Shown here one piece after another: positions 34,411 to 37,050 of a stretch of 37,050 bases of DNA; positions within the stretch are counted from its first letter, which is position 1, and every line of letters starts with the position of its first letter. The DNA lies in the NCBI RefSeq assembly GCF_041956535.1, contig NW_027192234.1, positions 7,376 through 44,425 of the forward strand. Direction: 5' to 3'. The notes beneath the pieces were generated by a model. That model searched no databases and was not told the DNA's origin. It was given only the letters and a program-made list of their open reading frames with translations. A program made the position numbers and the translations under genes. This DNA is from Calcarisporiella thermophila CBS 279.70 (Eukaryota > Fungi > Calcarisporiellomycota).

Positions 34411-36140
34411 AGATGAAGCTGTCTACCGTTTGCCAAAACTGATTTATGGCCGGGCATTCCAGGTAAGCATGGCTAATGGTTTCCAATGCGTTGGTTGTGC
34501 AACGCTTGCAAATATTAGGTTCTCCTGTCCACTAGTGATGATATCTCTCACCAATCTGTGTTTCAAGAGTCTCCATTTTATTGCCCTATGCTTGGGTTCG
34601 CTCAGCCGCTTTTTCCAGTACATCCAAGCTATCTCCGATCTGATAGAGTCACTTGAGGTCTCTTTCCATTCCGGAGCGATATTCTCTCCCATGCTTGTCT
34701 TGTAGAGCCTCCCGATTTTTGTACGGAAGTTTTTGATCTTTGTGCCAGCTAGCACACATTTACCCAGCGGGAACGTGCATGGTTCTTCAATCTGTGGTAT
34801 GTAGCTGTCTCTAAATCGACTGGAATATTGGTCGGAATTTCTCGCCACGTATTCATGGACTTTTGGTTCTACCATCGGTTTATATGTATTAGTCCTTCGG
34901 TTGAGTTTAAAGAAGTCACCTAGTTTGACCAATCCTACACTTTCGCCTTTCGATTTTAATGTACATCCGTCCATTGTGAAGTAAGTGTTGTTGTTTATGG
35001 GGAGAGAGAGCGTTTCTTTGATTTGAATTTCTGGGTGAGATCTAATTTGCCGTCCAGACTTCTCCATACTCTCAGTTGATGAGGCCATATTCCATCTGTT
35101 CGGATGATATTGTGTTGTGTGTACTGCGTTGCCTGAATACCCATTCCCATTCCAGCTGGAGCGTAGAACTTTTCGGATATGTGTATGGTGTGTTGTACTC
35201 AAATTGGGCGGATTCCCGTAGGCACTGCTGTAGCCATTTATTGAAACCACGTGGCCAGTATCGCGTCGGTTTGATATTTCGGGTTAATGAGTCCCAGGCT
35301 TTATCCTGGTTGTTGGAGGATTTCCATAGATATCTGTGGGCGCTTTCCTCCCCAGATAAAGCTCTTTATGATATTGTTCACGCACTTTAAAAATTTTGAT
35401 GGAGGAGGTATAAGTTGAGATATGTACCATAGTTTAGAGAGCAGGCGGGAGTTTACAAGATGGACTTTTCCTATCAGTGATAGTGATCTCGTTTTCCACG
35501 ATTCGACGGTCTTTTGTAACTTGGCTCTCAATTCTTCGAAATAGCTTTCCCTCGGGAAGATACTCTTTGTGTTAAAGGGTATTCCCAGCAGAGTGAAGGA
35601 TCCCTCTTCCTGTATATAGCGGCATGGTAGTTGTAGGTGCAGCCTTGTGTGTTGGCTTAAGGGGACCGCTTCCGATTTCTGGCGATTGATCTTGGAGTTG
35701 GAGGCTCGATGAAATCTGTCTATTACCTCGAACAGTGTGTCGGCGTCTCGTTGATCAGCTACTGCTACCGTGATATCATCCGCAAAGGCTGTTGTTACAA
35801 TACTCGGAATGTTGGGTATTTTTATTCCGCTGATCACGCTCTTTAGTTTGATTAGGAGTGGCTCTATGGCTATATTGTATAGGAGAGGAGAAAGAGGATC
35901 CCCTTGTCTTATTCCTTGGTTAACTGGGAATGGGGTTGTTAAGTGATTGCTGAGGATGAGCGATGCTTGGTTATTCATGTAGATGGGCTTAATCAATCTG
36001 GTGTATTTCTCGCTAAACCCGAACGCTTGTAGGCTTTGGATTAGCCATTCTCGATCTATGCGATCATATGCTTTTTCGTTGTCCAGGTGGACGAGTTTCC
36101 CTCTTGTCTCTTCAATTTTAGCCATGTTCAGGTAAGAAAC
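34411..36140 (-). mobile_element. L1/Tx1-like LINE ORF2 fragment (reverse transcriptase to zf-RVT), frameshifted, 5' part absent
   Basis: RT motifs LDNEKAYDR, GIRQGDPLSPLLY and AFADD, then LSLIGKV.L.NS.LLSKLWY and ETISHAYLECP..FW. Broken into three frames. Confidence 0.95.
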
Positions 36141-36148
36141 CCAAAAAA

Positions 36149-37050
36149 TTTTTTGGATCAATCAACGGAGATTTTTATTAGTTTCCGTAGCTTACAAGAG
36201 TTTAATGATTACAATGAAATAAAAAGGAGGGAATAAAGGGGTGGGGATATAGTTAGGTGGCAAGGTGGAACTTGGATTTTGACAATTTATGTTAGCCCAG
36301 AAAGGGAGAGAAGAGATGGAAGCAAAGAAACGCAAGGGGGTAAGAACATAGAGAAGGTGATAAACGTGGAGTAAGGGGATTAAGGGTAGATTAGCTGTAT
36401 ATAGGGATCGGGTATTTGGTGAGAAATATGAAGTAAAGAGGAGGGGAGGAGGTAGGGAGAGAGGAAGAGTTGCTTCGTCACTCCAGTTTTAGTCTTATTC
36501 TATCCGAACCTTCTATTACCGCTCCCTGACTGCACCACCTTCTTCGGAATAACTCCATCTCTCGTCTTTTTCGTGCCTTTATCAGTTCAGCTCCGATAGC
36601 CTCCTCGATGTCCATTTTGGCACGGAGGAGGGAAGATAGTATTTTTTTTGATCAATCAATGGAAACTTTTATTTAATTTCCATATATTACATGAAGTTAA
36701 TGTCAATGGACTTAACATAACGAGATATAGGTCCTTGATCGATAGACTTTCAATCGATATGCGTGTATCGTGAATAGCGTGTACATGAAACCGATGTAAT
36801 CTTTTGTACTTATCGTAAGGGCGATCTTTTCAATAATCAAGACTCAGCTTCTGATCAAGTGGATAGCAGTCACAAACTTAGAGTAAGTGCTGGTGGGGGA
36901 AGTGGGATTCGAACCCACGCCGTTCTCATCGGCATCCCAGGGATAGTCCACTACACTAACCCTCCCCCCGGAGGAGGGAAGATAGTATTCTTGTTTAATA
37001 AACCAGTAATTATCTTAACTATCCTCGCATGTACTACGCAGATACTTTGG
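36149..37050 (-). mobile_element. 3' end of another LINE copy (ORF2 C-terminus, pyrimidine-rich 3' UTR, short A tail), interrupted by a SINE
   Basis: The minus strand reads ...MDIEEAIGAELIKARKRREMELFRRRW...LKLE* (stop at 36478-36480), similar to AIKGQWIQAQRKKDEEGFKQK* of the fragment at 245-918. A CT-rich UTR, an AATAAA hairpin and A6 (36149-36154) follow. Confidence 0.7.
36642..36969 (-). mobile_element. tRNA-derived SINE, full length, with TSD and A tail
   Basis: A box TAGTGTAGTGG (36958-36948), B box GGTTCGAATCC (36915-36905), T-arm GTGGG/CCCAC, acceptor-like stem ending ACCA (36891), and A8 tail. Flanked by the direct repeat GGAGGAGGGAAGATAGTATT at 36624-36643 and 36970-36989. Confidence 0.9.

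Noticed and set aside
34050-34486. ORFs spanning the N run
   Set aside because: Artefacts of the assembly gap. Only METISHAYLECP... is real, as part of the LINE zinc finger.
36891-36969. Functional tRNA gene (GAG loop, Leu-like)
   Set aside because: Arm spacing is non-canonical, there is no oligo-T terminator after the acceptor stem, and it lies inside a TSD-bounded insertion, so it is treated as a SINE head.
1-37050. CRISPR array, rRNA or prokaryotic operon/defence system
   Set aside because: No regularly spaced repeats or rRNA motifs were seen, and the genes are spliceosomal-intron eukaryotic genes.

Overview
Eukaryotic, intron-containing genomic DNA. Gene content and short GT-AG introns with CTAAC-type branch points suggest a fungus, probably from an early-diverging zygomycete-grade lineage (inference). 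A gene-dense core at about 4.9-33.3 kb holds: a secreted bacterial-type metallophosphoesterase, OSH3, an NT-C2 protein, PHO89, a CAT-type amino-acid permease, a Spo71/Mug56-like PH protein, a divergent MIX17/TOM70 pair, an MCT-type MFS transporter, a secreted BBE-like FAD oxidase with a decayed tandem copy, and an unusually divergent complex I PSST subunit. Transposon debris flanks the core on both sides: three related L1/Tx1-like LINE fragments, a Tc1 fragment and a possible LTR. The most striking non-coding signal is a complete tRNA-headed SINE of about 330 bp at 36642-36969 (minus strand). It has a 20-21 bp target-site duplication, and its 3' tail, including a covarying stem-loop, is shared with the LINE it is inserted in, so both partners of a SINE/LINE pair are visible together. 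A second, older element with similar architecture may lie at 2173-2496. Other points of interest are NdhK-like residues in the quinone-channel region of PSST, an in-frame intron in a likely horizontally acquired phosphatase, and a small secreted beta/gamma-crystallin-like gene broken by a single stop that the ORF track misses. All calls were made by eye, with no database searches.
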